This document shows, one piece after another, positions 9,271-18,087 of a stretch of 64,000 nt of DNA. Each line of letters starts with the position of its first letter. Within the stretch, counting starts at the first letter, position 1. Both the position numbers and the translations under genes were made by a program. Source of the stretch: a virus. Lineage: Duplodnaviria; Caudoviricetes. Location of the stretch: positions 1-64,000 of the IMG/VR virus record IMGVR_UViG_3300033463_000027; one strand, 5' to 3'. The notes below the pieces were generated by a model. The model worked only from the letters and a program-made list of their open reading frames with translations, was not told the DNA's origin and ran no database searches.

Positions 9271-9299
9271 ATTGTATAGGATTAATATTAATTTGTCAA
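9271..9299 (-). promoter_or_regulatory. sigma-A promoter of the leader-NYN unit
   Basis: TTGACA-N17-TACAAT. Confidence 0.7.
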
Positions 9300-9343
9300 T
9301 AGTAATATTCGACAAATTTAGACAAGATTATTTGTTTGAGTTG

Positions 9344-10297
9344 TTAGATTTCAAATTGATCTTTGAGTTTACTTATTCTTTCTGTATCTTCCCTGAGATA
9401 GTGTTTCTTAGTAACGTCTGTTCCTGAATGGTGTAATAGAGCTGATACATCTTCTAATGGCATACCAGCTTTAAAAATGAGGTCGCTGCCGCTATGTCTC
9501 AGGTCGTGACTGTGAAATTCTGGAACTCCAATCATATTCCCAATTTTCTTACACCACTCATTCAAAGTCCCCGTGCTTATCGGCTTATCCTCGGCGGTAT
9601 ACCCCGTATACCACACCCAACCAAAATCATTGATGCCCTTTTCTTCTCGTTCTGCTTTAAGCTGTAACAAAAGTTCTTTTACTTCCTTACTAAAAAACAA
9701 ATCTACGATCTTACCCTCTTTTTCAAGAACGTCTTTAACAATCCGATTTTCAAAATCAATCTGTTTCCACTTGACATTAGCAACCGCATTGACTCTCGCC
9801 ATAGTAGATAACGAGAACAGGGCATAGGTCTTTAACTGCAAGTCTCCATACTCTGTCAATTTATCTTTCATCAACTGAACTTGCTCCTTGGTCAAGAACG
9901 TCTGTACGACCACGGGCTGTCCCTTTTTGGGTCTGTCAAGAAATTCGCACGGATTTTCAAGAATCAGTTTTTTCTTTCTAAGGAATTTGTAGAACGCAGA
10001 GATCGCTGCCATTCTACGTTTCATACGTTCTACATTGTTCCCCGATTGCTTACAGAAATAAAGAAACTCCGTTATGTCATCATCGGTCAGGTCTTTGACA
10101 CTTTGATTAAACTGATTGTCGTGAATGTACACAAACCATTGTTCCAAGTCTTTCTCGTACTGATAAATAGTTTTCTCCGAAAGCTCACGCAAACTCATAT
10201 CTATCTTGTACTTTTTCATGAGTGCAAGAGTTTCAGGATTGACTTGATCCAACTTTTCTTTATCATGTAAAATTATCCTTTTACTTCGTTCAGGCAT
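9344..10297 (-). CDS. second tyrosine recombinase (XerC/D-like)
   Basis: STMARVNA, HSHDLRHSG, LLHHSGTDVTKKHY; start at MPERSKR preferred. Confidence 0.9.
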   Translation of the reverse strand: MPERSKRIILHDKEKLDQVNPETLALMKKYKIDMSLRELSEKTIYQYEKDLEQWFVYIHDNQFNQSVKDLTDDDITEFLYFCKQSGNNVERMKRRMAAISAFYKFLRKKKLILENPCEFLDRPKKGQPVVVQTFLTKEQVQLMKDKLTEYGDLQLKTYALFSLSTMARVNAVANVKWKQIDFENRIVKDVLEKEGKIVDLFFSKEVKELLLQLKAEREEKGINDFGWVWYTGYTAEDKPISTGTLNEWCKKIGNMIGVPEFHSHDLRHSGSDLIFKAGMPLEDVSALLHHSGTDVTKKHYLREDTERISKLKDQFEI

Positions 10298-10321
10298 TTT
10301 ATCATCTCGCTTTCTATAATA

Positions 10322-10354
10322 AAATAAAAGGGCTGTCAACGAATAACAGCCCTA
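10322..10354 (-). terminator. terminator at the end of the fibre cassette
   Basis: AGGGCTGT-N9-ACAGCCCT then TTTATTTT on the minus strand. Confidence 0.65.
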
Positions 10355-10378
10355 TAATGCAATTATAATTTTAGATTA

Positions 10379-10453
10379 TTATTTCACAAAAGCAACTCGA
10401 TAAAAGTCGGGCGTGCCTTGCCATCGGGATATGTCAATGCCTTTTTTCTGCAT
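10379..10453 (-). pseudogene. 24-codon N-terminal remnant of a GH25 lysozyme/endolysin
   Basis: GGAGG RBS then MQKKGIDISRWQGTPDFYRVAFVK*; GIDISxWQG is the GH25 N-terminal motif. Confidence 0.65.
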
Positions 10454-10466
10454 AGTTACACCTCCG

Positions 10467-11108
10467 TTATAAATATAATTTCATCCCAAAGAAAGTGACG
10501 TTGTTGTTCGCGGATTTTTCCGGATTTTTGTAATGATACCAGCGCACGCCATAAATCGGAGTGCTCGGAAGCCTACATTCAAAAACGTTTAGCGGATATG
10601 GTAAATTCGTCGCGATCGTCAAATCTTCAAAGTCATTCCAATTGCCGTTTGCGTCGCGGGTCTGTACCGTTACCGTTAAGGCTATATTCTGATCCGAATA
10701 CCGCCCGAGCCAAAATTTGGCGCGGCTGATGACTGTGGGCGTATTCCAAATGTAGCCGCCATATGCACCTTTGCGATTCTCATAATTGTAATAGCACGCA
10801 CCTGTACCGTTCCACCCTTTGCTCATACGTGTATTTAATGTCGTTTCATCGTCGATTTCGAGAGCGCTAAGCACTAACGCGCCGTTATCGCCATAGTTAG
10901 CAGACGAACCGCTTGCTATCGGTCGCATAGCTATGAGTACAGGCTCAGGCACGTTTACAGTTACGGCGCTATATCCGTCAGCGTTATCTGAGCTTGCGTT
11001 ATACGTCCCGTTCGCTGTGATGTTTTTTGCTATTGTGGACGGCTTGACCCGCACAGACCCGATGTCTATATCAGGCGTTCCCGCAGGTGATTTAATATGT
11101 AAGGACAT
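10467..11108 (-). CDS. tail-fibre-associated protein with a putative C-terminal carbohydrate-binding beta-sandwich
   Basis: KNITANGTYNASSDNADGYSAVTVNVP fibre-type unit; aromatic-rich C-terminus. Confidence 0.6.
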   Translation of the reverse strand: MSLHIKSPAGTPDIDIGSVRVKPSTIAKNITANGTYNASSDNADGYSAVTVNVPEPVLIAMRPIASGSSANYGDNGALVLSALEIDDETTLNTRMSKGWNGTGACYYNYENRKGAYGGYIWNTPTVISRAKFWLGRYSDQNIALTVTVQTRDANGNWNDFEDLTIATNLPYPLNVFECRLPSTPIYGVRWYHYKNPEKSANNNVTFFGMKLYL

Positions 11109-11605
11109 CAGAATCCCTCCTTCCTGTATTTAAGCAAGACTTTTTCAGGCGCTACACTTTGCCCCGCATAGTCCACAATTGTTGTACCTTCAACCGTCGG
11201 CAGTGCCGGAAGTGCAACAGGCGGGTCTGTCGGTGTTAGTGTGCCGTCTATCATGCGGTATACTTTTTGTGTTTGATAGTCCACATACTCGTCCTCACCG
11301 AGCGGGTCGGCACCGATGTAGATGGGAGTGGTGGTTGATGTAGTGCCATCTGAAACACTCATATCTACCTCATAGCCATACGCCGTGCCGCTGTCGTCCC
11401 CCACTCCCCCAGCACTACCATACACACGGTAGTCAGCAAGGTAGTCGCCGTTAGCTGTGTACTGCGCGGGGAGGGTGCCGTCATACTCGCCCCAGACGGT
11501 AAAGACCTGCTTGTCCCCGAAATACACTTCTTCAATATCTCTTTCTACACTACTCAATAAATCATCAATGTTCGTTATCTCTGTTGTTTGCTTATAAATA
11601 GGCAT
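11108..11605 (-). CDS. tail-fibre-associated protein
   Basis: In the fibre cassette; G/T/P-rich. Confidence 0.55.
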   Translation of the reverse strand: MPIYKQTTEITNIDDLLSSVERDIEEVYFGDKQVFTVWGEYDGTLPAQYTANGDYLADYRVYGSAGGVGDDSGTAYGYEVDMSVSDGTTSTTTPIYIGADPLGEDEYVDYQTQKVYRMIDGTLTPTDPPVALPALPTVEGTTIVDYAGQSVAPEKVLLKYRKEGF

Positions 11606-11617
11606 TACCTCACCACC

Positions 11618-11881
11618 TTACGAACTTGTAGGATAGACAAGATACAAGATATTCTCCTTGGTCAGTAATGCCGCATAACTTGCGCTGTCTATAATATGCC
11701 AAATCTGAGTATCGCCAATCCATAAGTCACCATTGTTATCAATCGTAACAATTGAGTGGCTTATATCGGCAATCGCATTAGCAACTACTTTATTTTGCAC
11801 TGGATTCGTACTCGTTGTATCAAGTCTACCATCAACAACGGGAGTCGAGTAATCAATACCATTTCTAACCAGTTTACCCAT
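11618..11881 (-). CDS. small fibre-like protein
   Basis: LDTTSTNPVQNKVV unit shared with the DGR target protein. Confidence 0.65.
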   Translation of the reverse strand: MGKLVRNGIDYSTPVVDGRLDTTSTNPVQNKVVANAIADISHSIVTIDNNGDLWIGDTQIWHIIDSASYAALLTKENILYLVYPTSS

Positions 11882-12020
11882 TACTAATCGCCTCCCTTAT
11901 CTGTTCCTTATCTTCCTCAGAGAGGTTTGGATAAGAAGCGAGTATTTCTTCCAAATCTTCCCCAGCTTTCATTCTGCGTTCGATTACTCTTAAATAAATT
12001 CTAAGCATACTTGCACTCAT
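11874..12020 (-). CDS. 48-aa hypothetical protein (not in the ORF track)
   Basis: GGAGGGG RBS; MSASMLRIYLRVIERRMKAGEDLEEILASYPNLSEEDKEQIREAISNG*. Confidence 0.6.
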   Translation of the reverse strand: MSASMLRIYLRVIERRMKAGEDLEEILASYPNLSEEDKEQIREAISNG

Positions 12021-12033
12021 TTCTCACCCCTCC

Positions 12034-12336
12034 TTAGAATATTCCATAGAGTTCCGTGATTGCTTCTTCAACATCTGCAAGTCTAATGTCGGCTTCGGCA
12101 ATTTTCACATCATTCTCTATAATTTTTTCGTCGTTCTGCATAGTTCTCTCGAATATTCCCCAAACTTCTTTGGGGACTTTTTGCTCTTCGAATGAATAAA
12201 AAATCTCTTTTATCCCCTCATCATTTTCGCGTTCATGTTCTTCGATGTTGCGACGAACATAGACCCACTTCTTGGACGAGGTGGTGTCAACTAATGAGGG
12301 ATAAACAGAGCTTGTACCTTCATACCATGTACTCAA
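12034..12336 (-). CDS. hypothetical protein, possible fibre chaperone
   Basis: Overlaps the RT stop; C-terminal coiled coil ending AITELYGIF; not an Avd-like helical bundle. Confidence 0.6.
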   Translation of the reverse strand: MSTWYEGTSSVYPSLVDTTSSKKWVYVRRNIEEHERENDEGIKEIFYSFEEQKVPKEVWGIFERTMQNDEKIIENDVKIAEADIRLADVEEAITELYGIF

Positions 12337-13432
12337 TTTTCATTCCTCCCTTACTCTTATTACGCTTTCTATCATAAACTGAAATTTTGTGTCTCATTTT
12401 CTTCATGCTAACGAACGGTGCTATGTGAGTCATAAACCATTTATAACAATCCGCGTATTTAATCAATCCCGCGTATACAATTATCTGCCGAGCATCATGT
12501 ATATTGGCGTGTCCCTTTTTAAATATCCTCTTCGCCTTGCGCTGTGCTTTAAGTGCAAGTCTACTACGTAATCCAACATGATTTCTATAGAACTTAAATC
12601 CCAAGAAATCGAGAACTCGTCCTTTTTTCTTTCGGCTTCTCACGCTGTCCATGAAGAATACTTGCCAATTGCCTTTGAGCTGCAAGTGTAATTTATTTTC
12701 AAGATACTCACTAATCTGCCGCCTGATATTGTGCATAATGCGTTTGTTACTTCCAAACAGAACCATATCGTCCATGAAGCGGATATAATACTTAACGTGC
12801 ATATCTTCCTTAATCTTGTGATCGAGTTCGGTCAACAAGTAATTTGCAAACCATTGAGAAGTAACAAACCCAAGCGGTATACCAGTTTTGGTTGTGCGAA
12901 CTATTTTCTCAATATACTCAAAGTATCGCCTATCTCTAATCTTCCTGCGTAGCCGTTCAAGCAAAACATTCTGATCTATACTATCAAAGAATTTTCTTAT
13001 ATCAAGTTTCAGACAGTATTTCGTATTTTTGTGGTCATTATAAATCCACTTGCGAGTCATTTTCATACCAGCATGAAGCCCTCTCCCCGGTATGCTTGCA
13101 TAAGAATGTTCGTACATTCCACTTGTTAGTATTGGCTTCAATACATTAGCAACTGCGTGATGAACTATCATCTCTCGAACGGTTGGAACAATAATATACC
13201 TTTTCTTTGCGGATATCCCATCATTTATCTCAACGGGCGTATGCTCTGCGGGTTCAAATTCCAATATCCATTTGCGAACTATCGGAATATATTCGTCAAC
13301 ATGATCACGTATATAGCGAAGCCTTTTATGGCGTTTATTATTCTTGCGTTTATTTTTAGCCGCTTTATAAATTGCAAGTCTGATATTATCATCAGCTATC
13401 ATTTTCTCATACAATCCATTATAAGATTTCGT
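12320..13432 (-). CDS. DGR reverse transcriptase (probable ACG start at 13432; first standard start TTG 13414)
   Basis: YASIPGRGLH, LKLDIRKFFDSID, GIPLGFVTSQWFANYLL, YIRFMDDMV, DFLGF; adjacent TR/VR pair. Confidence 0.93.
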   Translation of the reverse strand, partial: TKSYNGLYEKMIADDNIRLAIYKAAKNKRKNNKRHKRLRYIRDHVDEYIPIVRKWILEFEPAEHTPVEINDGISAKKRYIIVPTVREMIVHHAVANVLKPILTSGMYEHSYASIPGRGLHAGMKMTRKWIYNDHKNTKYCLKLDIRKFFDSIDQNVLLERLRRKIRDRRYFEYIEKIVRTTKTGIPLGFVTSQWFANYLLTELDHKIKEDMHVKYYIRFMDDMVLFGSNKRIMHNIRRQISEYLENKLHLQLKGNWQVFFMDSVRSRKKKGRVLDFLGFKFYRNHVGLRSRLALKAQRKAKRIFKKGHANIHDARQIIVYAGLIKYADCYKWFMTHIAPFVSMKKMRHKISVYDRKRNKSKGGMKIEYMV

Positions 13433-13554
13433 ATAACCACCTTCTTCTTATATCTTCATCCACTTTGGGTGTTGCCACTTACTAACAGATGCTTGCTGTC
13501 GATTTCATTTTTACCAAGAGGTAAGGGAAACATGGCGCATTATGAAGGTGTGTG

Positions 13555-13671
13555 ATAAGAGTGCGCAGCCCCGTTGTTCCAATTGCGATTCGACACAGCG
13601 TTGTTGAGGTTGACGTAGAACGCTCCGCAACTCGCACCGTTGTGGGAGGCGCCGCCGACACGGGCGAAGCC
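13555..13671 (-). repeat. DGR template repeat (TR)
   Basis: 117-nt copy of 13823-13939; 12 of 13 mismatches fall at TR adenines (minus strand); rich in AAC/AAT. Confidence 0.95.
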
Positions 13672-13749
13672 GCACCATGAATCCCTGTTGTGTTTTTCGT
13701 TATATACGTGCAAGTCAATAATTAAATTTAGTTGTTGACAATTTCATTT

Positions 13750-13800
13750 AGGGGACACGCAAGCGTTTCCCCTCTTGCCAGCTCGCTTCGCTCACGGCAA
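13750..13800 (-). promoter_or_regulatory. hairpins downstream of the VR (probable DGR target-recognition hairpin or terminator)
   Basis: TTGCC...GCGAAGC...GGCAA and AGGGG-AAACGCTTGCGTGT-CCCCT immediately after the target stop. Confidence 0.55.
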
Positions 13801-13801
13801 T

Positions 13802-15886
13802 TCACCCCTTCGAGCAAGGCTTACAAGAAGGCGCAGCCCCGCCGTCCCAACCGCGAGCCGACACAGCGGCGTTGAGGGTGACGTAGAACGCTCCGCAACT
13901 CGCACCGTTGTGGGAGGCGCCGCCGACACGGGCGAAGCCTGTTCCGTTATAATAGTAATCTTTGTAATATTGTGTAGAGTAGGCACCAACTTCAAATGGT
14001 AACCAGCCAAATGTCCCAAACTTCATTTGTTTTACATAGTTACTTGTTGTCGGCTTACTATTAGTAGAAAGATAGCCAGAGCCGTTCGTGTTGTATACAC
14101 TCGCCGTAGAACCGTCAGCGGTTGAAGCAGTCAGCTTGTATAAATACGTATTATTTGCTTCACCAATCAATCCCGCAGTTCTGCGCCATTCAAGCGCCCA
14201 CCAGTTCTCCATACCGAACACCTTGACGGCGGTATTGCCGTTTGCAGTTGAACCGTAGAACAGTCCCTTGTCGTTGAGCGAACCTGTTACATAGCTTTCT
14301 TTCGCCGCCTGAGAGCCACTGTCGATACCCCTGCCAAATGCGCCTTGCGTATCAATAAACTTAGAAATCAACACGAGCAATCCGTTAATCAACACTCTAT
14401 CACACCACTGATCTATATACCATTCGACTTTCGCCGTGGTGTTGTTTGCCGTAGCCTGTGCTATTTCTTCCGTGCCGCTTGTATTACCGTTAAACGCGAA
14501 CTGCTCCCATTTTTCAGAGTTAAACGCTTCGGCGGTTTCAACGGCAGTTATACACTTCCACATTCTGCCATTATAGTTAACCTTATCGCCCACGGCATAG
14601 GTAGCACTTGACGAATATGCAGTCGTACTCCACGGCGCAAGAGTAATGCCCGAAATCGAGCGCATTTTTTCGTCATAGGTTGCGCCGTTATAGATTGGCA
14701 TATAGAAATGGTCTATGATGTTGCCGTCGCAGTCCATATTAGACCAACACTTATACGTGCTGTCAACCTTTTTATTGGAAATGTAAAAATATCCTTCGCC
14801 ATTAGCTACACCCTGCTCAAACTTATACCAAATTAGCGGGAACTCCATCATTGCGTTGCCACCATAGGCAAGATTGCCTACATCAGAGGGAGTACCATCT
14901 ACCCTTTTGGTATAATCATTCGGGTCAAGATAATAGTCAACTGTACCATCAAATTTCAGCATACAAGGCTTGGGCATAAAGAAAGCGTTTTTCCACGAGC
15001 CATAATTAAATGCTGTAGTCCCCATAGTCGCAGGAGTCATACCAACCGCATCTGCAAGATATGTTACACAGTCATATGAGTCGGACTCGTCGGGGTCAAT
15101 GTGAAAACCATAAATGTATGTCATAGGTTCGGGTTCTGCATCAGTAATAAAGTATTCCTTATTGTCCGTATATTTTTCAGCACCTATAGCATTGTATTCT
15201 GCCTGTGTAAGTTCAACGTGACTGTTCTCGATCTCGGTAAACTTATCAGTAACCACCTTGTTTTGAACAGGGTTAGTTGAAACATTACTAAGCGCAGAAT
15301 CAACAACAGTTTTATTAGCTTCGGCTTCAATACTACCAAGTTTAGTCTTTTCAGCCGTAGTATAATCCTCGGTCGAAAGACCTTTGCCTTGTACCTTATC
15401 AACCTTACCGTCAAGCCCCTGTGTTACGAAAGCGTAAACACCGCCTGACGTAACCATATTGGTCGAATTTTCAGTCGGTGTAGAATCTATATCATCATCA
15501 TCAGTAATAACAACAAGTGTCCCCGCTTCAAGAGTAGAAGCCACTTGCGCATACTCAGCCTGTGTACCAACCCAAAGAGCATTAAGACCTAACTGCGCAA
15601 GGGTAACATTACCATTCAGGGTCACACCATTAATCTGCGGCTTGTTCGTAATATTAGCATAAGGGAACGCATTTAACAGTGCAGTAAGCACCGCGTTCTG
15701 TACGGGGTTGGTAGACTGATCGCTTAACTGATCGTCAACCACAATGCCCAACTCAGCAAGCGTTAAGTCACCTATCAGAGTAACGCCGCCAATAGAAGGT
15801 TTGTTGGTTAATGCTTCATAATCTGTAGTGCCACTACTACCACCAGCCCCCATTAATGCAAGAAGTCTCGCAAAATTATCTGTCAT
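13802..15886 (-). CDS. DGR target: tail fibre / receptor-binding protein
   Basis: NKPxIxGVTL and STNPVQN repeats, a CBM5/12-like YAVGDKVNYNGRMWKC module, and a C-terminal VR (probable C-type-lectin fold). Confidence 0.88.
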   Translation of the reverse strand: MTDNFARLLALMGAGGSSGTTDYEALTNKPSIGGVTLIGDLTLAELGIVVDDQLSDQSTNPVQNAVLTALLNAFPYANITNKPQINGVTLNGNVTLAQLGLNALWVGTQAEYAQVASTLEAGTLVVITDDDDIDSTPTENSTNMVTSGGVYAFVTQGLDGKVDKVQGKGLSTEDYTTAEKTKLGSIEAEANKTVVDSALSNVSTNPVQNKVVTDKFTEIENSHVELTQAEYNAIGAEKYTDNKEYFITDAEPEPMTYIYGFHIDPDESDSYDCVTYLADAVGMTPATMGTTAFNYGSWKNAFFMPKPCMLKFDGTVDYYLDPNDYTKRVDGTPSDVGNLAYGGNAMMEFPLIWYKFEQGVANGEGYFYISNKKVDSTYKCWSNMDCDGNIIDHFYMPIYNGATYDEKMRSISGITLAPWSTTAYSSSATYAVGDKVNYNGRMWKCITAVETAEAFNSEKWEQFAFNGNTSGTEEIAQATANNTTAKVEWYIDQWCDRVLINGLLVLISKFIDTQGAFGRGIDSGSQAAKESYVTGSLNDKGLFYGSTANGNTAVKVFGMENWWALEWRRTAGLIGEANNTYLYKLTASTADGSTASVYNTNGSGYLSTNSKPTTSNYVKQMKFGTFGWLPFEVGAYSTQYYKDYYYNGTGFARVGGASHNGASCGAFYVTLNAAVSARGWDGGAAPSCKPCSKG
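13823..13939 (-). repeat. DGR variable repeat (VR) at the 3' end of the target gene
   Basis: Encodes GFARVGGASHNGASCGAFYVTLNAAVSARGWDGGAAPSC versus TR-encoded ...YVNLNNAVSNRNWNNGAAHSY. Confidence 0.95.
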
Positions 15887-15906
15887 TCATTTCACCTCTT
15901 TCTAAA

Positions 15907-16173
15907 TTATTCCGAGGGTTTTGTTCTCCACTGTTTATTTTCATAATCGAATACATAGACAGCCCACGTATCAAGTTCAAAGAAAAGAGAAAACTGCGGG
16001 GGAGTTATGCCTTTCCATATAATAGGCTTAGTATCAGTCGAAAGTCCAGTAAAGAACATCTCGCGCTGATTCTTGTCATCTCCCTGAGAGTTAAGTTCTA
16101 CCATATTTCTTACCACCTTTCTTATAGTAAAGGGCGACCACCAAAGCAGCCGCCCATAAAATCTAAGTTTCAA
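15907..16173 (-). CDS. small tail-associated hypothetical protein (likely start MVELNSQ)
   Basis: GLSTDTKP...FFELDT...FDYENKQW, a pattern seen ahead of phage fibre genes. Confidence 0.6.
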   Translation of the reverse strand: MKLRFYGRLLWWSPFTIRKVVRNMVELNSQGDDKNQREMFFTGLSTDTKPIIWKGITPPQFSLFFELDTWAVYVFDYENKQWRTKPSE

Positions 16174-16655
16174 ATATCGTTATTGTTTTCATCAAGCTTG
16201 CCTTCAATGGGTAGTTTATCCAATTTATCCATAAGCGTAGACACATAACCATTACCGACAACACCATGTTCGTCGGGCTGATGATAAATGTCATACATCT
16301 CATGCAAAGCCTTCCACTTGCGAATAGAAATCTTCCCCTCTGAGAGAGCTTCTTCTCCCGCCCTCACAATAGAATGGCGCATTTCAATCCGCTTGTCATC
16401 GTTCTGCTTTTCAAGGATATGTATTACGTTGTCAATCTTTTTGCTAATATCGCCTATCTGATCGTCATGACGATGTATGGCTTCTTTAATTTCCTCAAAC
16501 TCGTCTTTCTTCTTCTTGATATTCACAAGCAAATGAAAGAGTTTAACGACACCCGTATAAATTACTCCTACGATAATACCAAATACAATAATCCATGCAA
16601 TCAATACGCCAATTGGTATCTGCGACAAAACTTCCCATACAGATTCAGTACCCAT
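16170..16655 (-). CDS. membrane protein, lysis module (holin-like)
   Basis: N-terminal TM plus coiled coil; follows the endolysin. Confidence 0.6.
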   Translation of the reverse strand: MGTESVWEVLSQIPIGVLIAWIIVFGIIVGVIYTGVVKLFHLLVNIKKKKDEFEEIKEAIHRHDDQIGDISKKIDNVIHILEKQNDDKRIEMRHSIVRAGEEALSEGKISIRKWKALHEMYDIYHQPDEHGVVGNGYVSTLMDKLDKLPIEGKLDENNNDI

Positions 16656-16671
16656 ATCAAATCACCGAACC

Positions 16672-18084
16672 TTATAGGAGCTTATTGACTTCTTTTTGAA
16701 CGGCATTATAGTCATATCCTGCGGCTTCAAGTCTGTTCTTACGGTCAGCGCCGTTACCCCACTTGCCAGCAACCACTTCTTTTGCAACTTCGGCATTGGA
16801 CTTAGTGGGCTTTGCAGGGTACTTATCGGTATTGCCAGTCAGACATATCCAACCCGCACCCGATTTCAGCTTGCCCCATACATTATCACCGATAGTCTTT
16901 TTCTCAGTGATTGTATAGGTTATTCCATAGTTAGCCTTGGAAGTTACGTTACCGCCACCCGCAGTAGACTGAACCATAACACCGTTCTTGTTAGTAATTG
17001 TTACGGTTTCATAATTTGTAGGTGCGGGAGTAGGAGTAGGCGTTGGAGTAGACCCGCCACCATTGAGTATCTTGTTGACTTCCTGAACGATGTAAGGGAA
17101 TTTGCCCCCAAGATACTGACCGGGGCAACCAGTGGCATAAAACCACTTGTGCATGGTAAGGTTAGAGCCGTTAAGCTGTCCTGTAAAGGTAAGCTTCTTA
17201 ATGCCGTTTCTCTTACAAATATCAGCACAAAGCTTAATAGTAGACTGTAAAGCGGCATCGGTTACTTTCCAATCGGGTTCACCCGCATTAGGAGCATTAG
17301 CCACCTCGATAGTAACCGCTCGATAATCATTATCGGGACTATTGCTTGTCCATGCTCTATTCTTCTCTTCGAGTAAAAGTCCAATGGTACCGTCAGATTG
17401 AATAGCATAGTTTACAGAACCACCTCTTGTTGACATAAGAACGTTTTTACATTGATCTATTGTAAGATTTCCCGCCATGTGATGAACAGTGATTCTATCA
17501 ATCTTTTTACCTCCACGATCGTTATAATTTGTAGTAAACAGATTCTTCTTGGTTGCGAGAGGACTATTCGTGTACTTTACCGTATTACTGTTGTTGGTTT
17601 TAGTGGTCGTAGTGTTCTTTGTGGTTGTGGTAGTATTCTTACTGTTCGTCTTAATTCTCGACTGGTCTTTCGGACGAAGAACACCGAGAATATAATTATA
17701 GTTATGGTCATGAAGTGTACAACATTCACCACAACCGTCCCAATTCTGTTCGTAAGACCTAAACCAAGAAGTGTCACCGTCGCCAGTACAAACCGCTACG
17801 TGTCCCGCTTCGCCATTCAGCCCCGCAGACCAAACAATTATATCGCCTTTCTGCGGGACAAATGAAGGAGTATTAGCTATTCTTGTAAATAAATCTTTGC
17901 TCGGTTGACTATTAAAATTCTCATAAATCTGCCACGCATACATACCCACAAAAGGTTTGCCACCAATTACTTTAACAGTATAATCATTAGCAAGATCGAA
18001 ACAAGTTACGCCGTAAACTCCGTCATAGTCTATGTACTTCCCCTTGTTTTGCTTAAAGTATTCGTCATAAGTCATAAGCGCCAT
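16672..18084 (-). CDS. modular endolysin: CHAP + amidase_2 + SH3-like + Cpl-7 repeat
   Basis: TCFDLANDY/GHVAV/EQNW (CHAP); ITVHHMAG/AWTS/TIEVAN/HKWFYATGCPG (amidase); WGKLKSGAGWI (SH3); VAKEVVAGKWGNGADRKNRL (Cpl-7). Confidence 0.92.
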   Translation of the reverse strand: MALMTYDEYFKQNKGKYIDYDGVYGVTCFDLANDYTVKVIGGKPFVGMYAWQIYENFNSQPSKDLFTRIANTPSFVPQKGDIIVWSAGLNGEAGHVAVCTGDGDTSWFRSYEQNWDGCGECCTLHDHNYNYILGVLRPKDQSRIKTNSKNTTTTTKNTTTTKTNNSNTVKYTNSPLATKKNLFTTNYNDRGGKKIDRITVHHMAGNLTIDQCKNVLMSTRGGSVNYAIQSDGTIGLLLEEKNRAWTSNSPDNDYRAVTIEVANAPNAGEPDWKVTDAALQSTIKLCADICKRNGIKKLTFTGQLNGSNLTMHKWFYATGCPGQYLGGKFPYIVQEVNKILNGGGSTPTPTPTPAPTNYETVTITNKNGVMVQSTAGGGNVTSKANYGITYTITEKKTIGDNVWGKLKSGAGWICLTGNTDKYPAKPTKSNAEVAKEVVAGKWGNGADRKNRLEAAGYDYNAVQKEVNKLL

Positions 18085-18087
18085 AAA

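Noticed and set aside
12320-13432. Group II intron or retron RT
   Set aside because: The adjacent adenine-specific TR/VR pair and the SQ motif identify a DGR; no maturase or endonuclease domain was seen
13482-14019. ORFs 13482-13718, 13775-14002 and 13792-14019 as proteins
   Set aside because: Alternative-frame readings of the GC-rich TR/VR repeats
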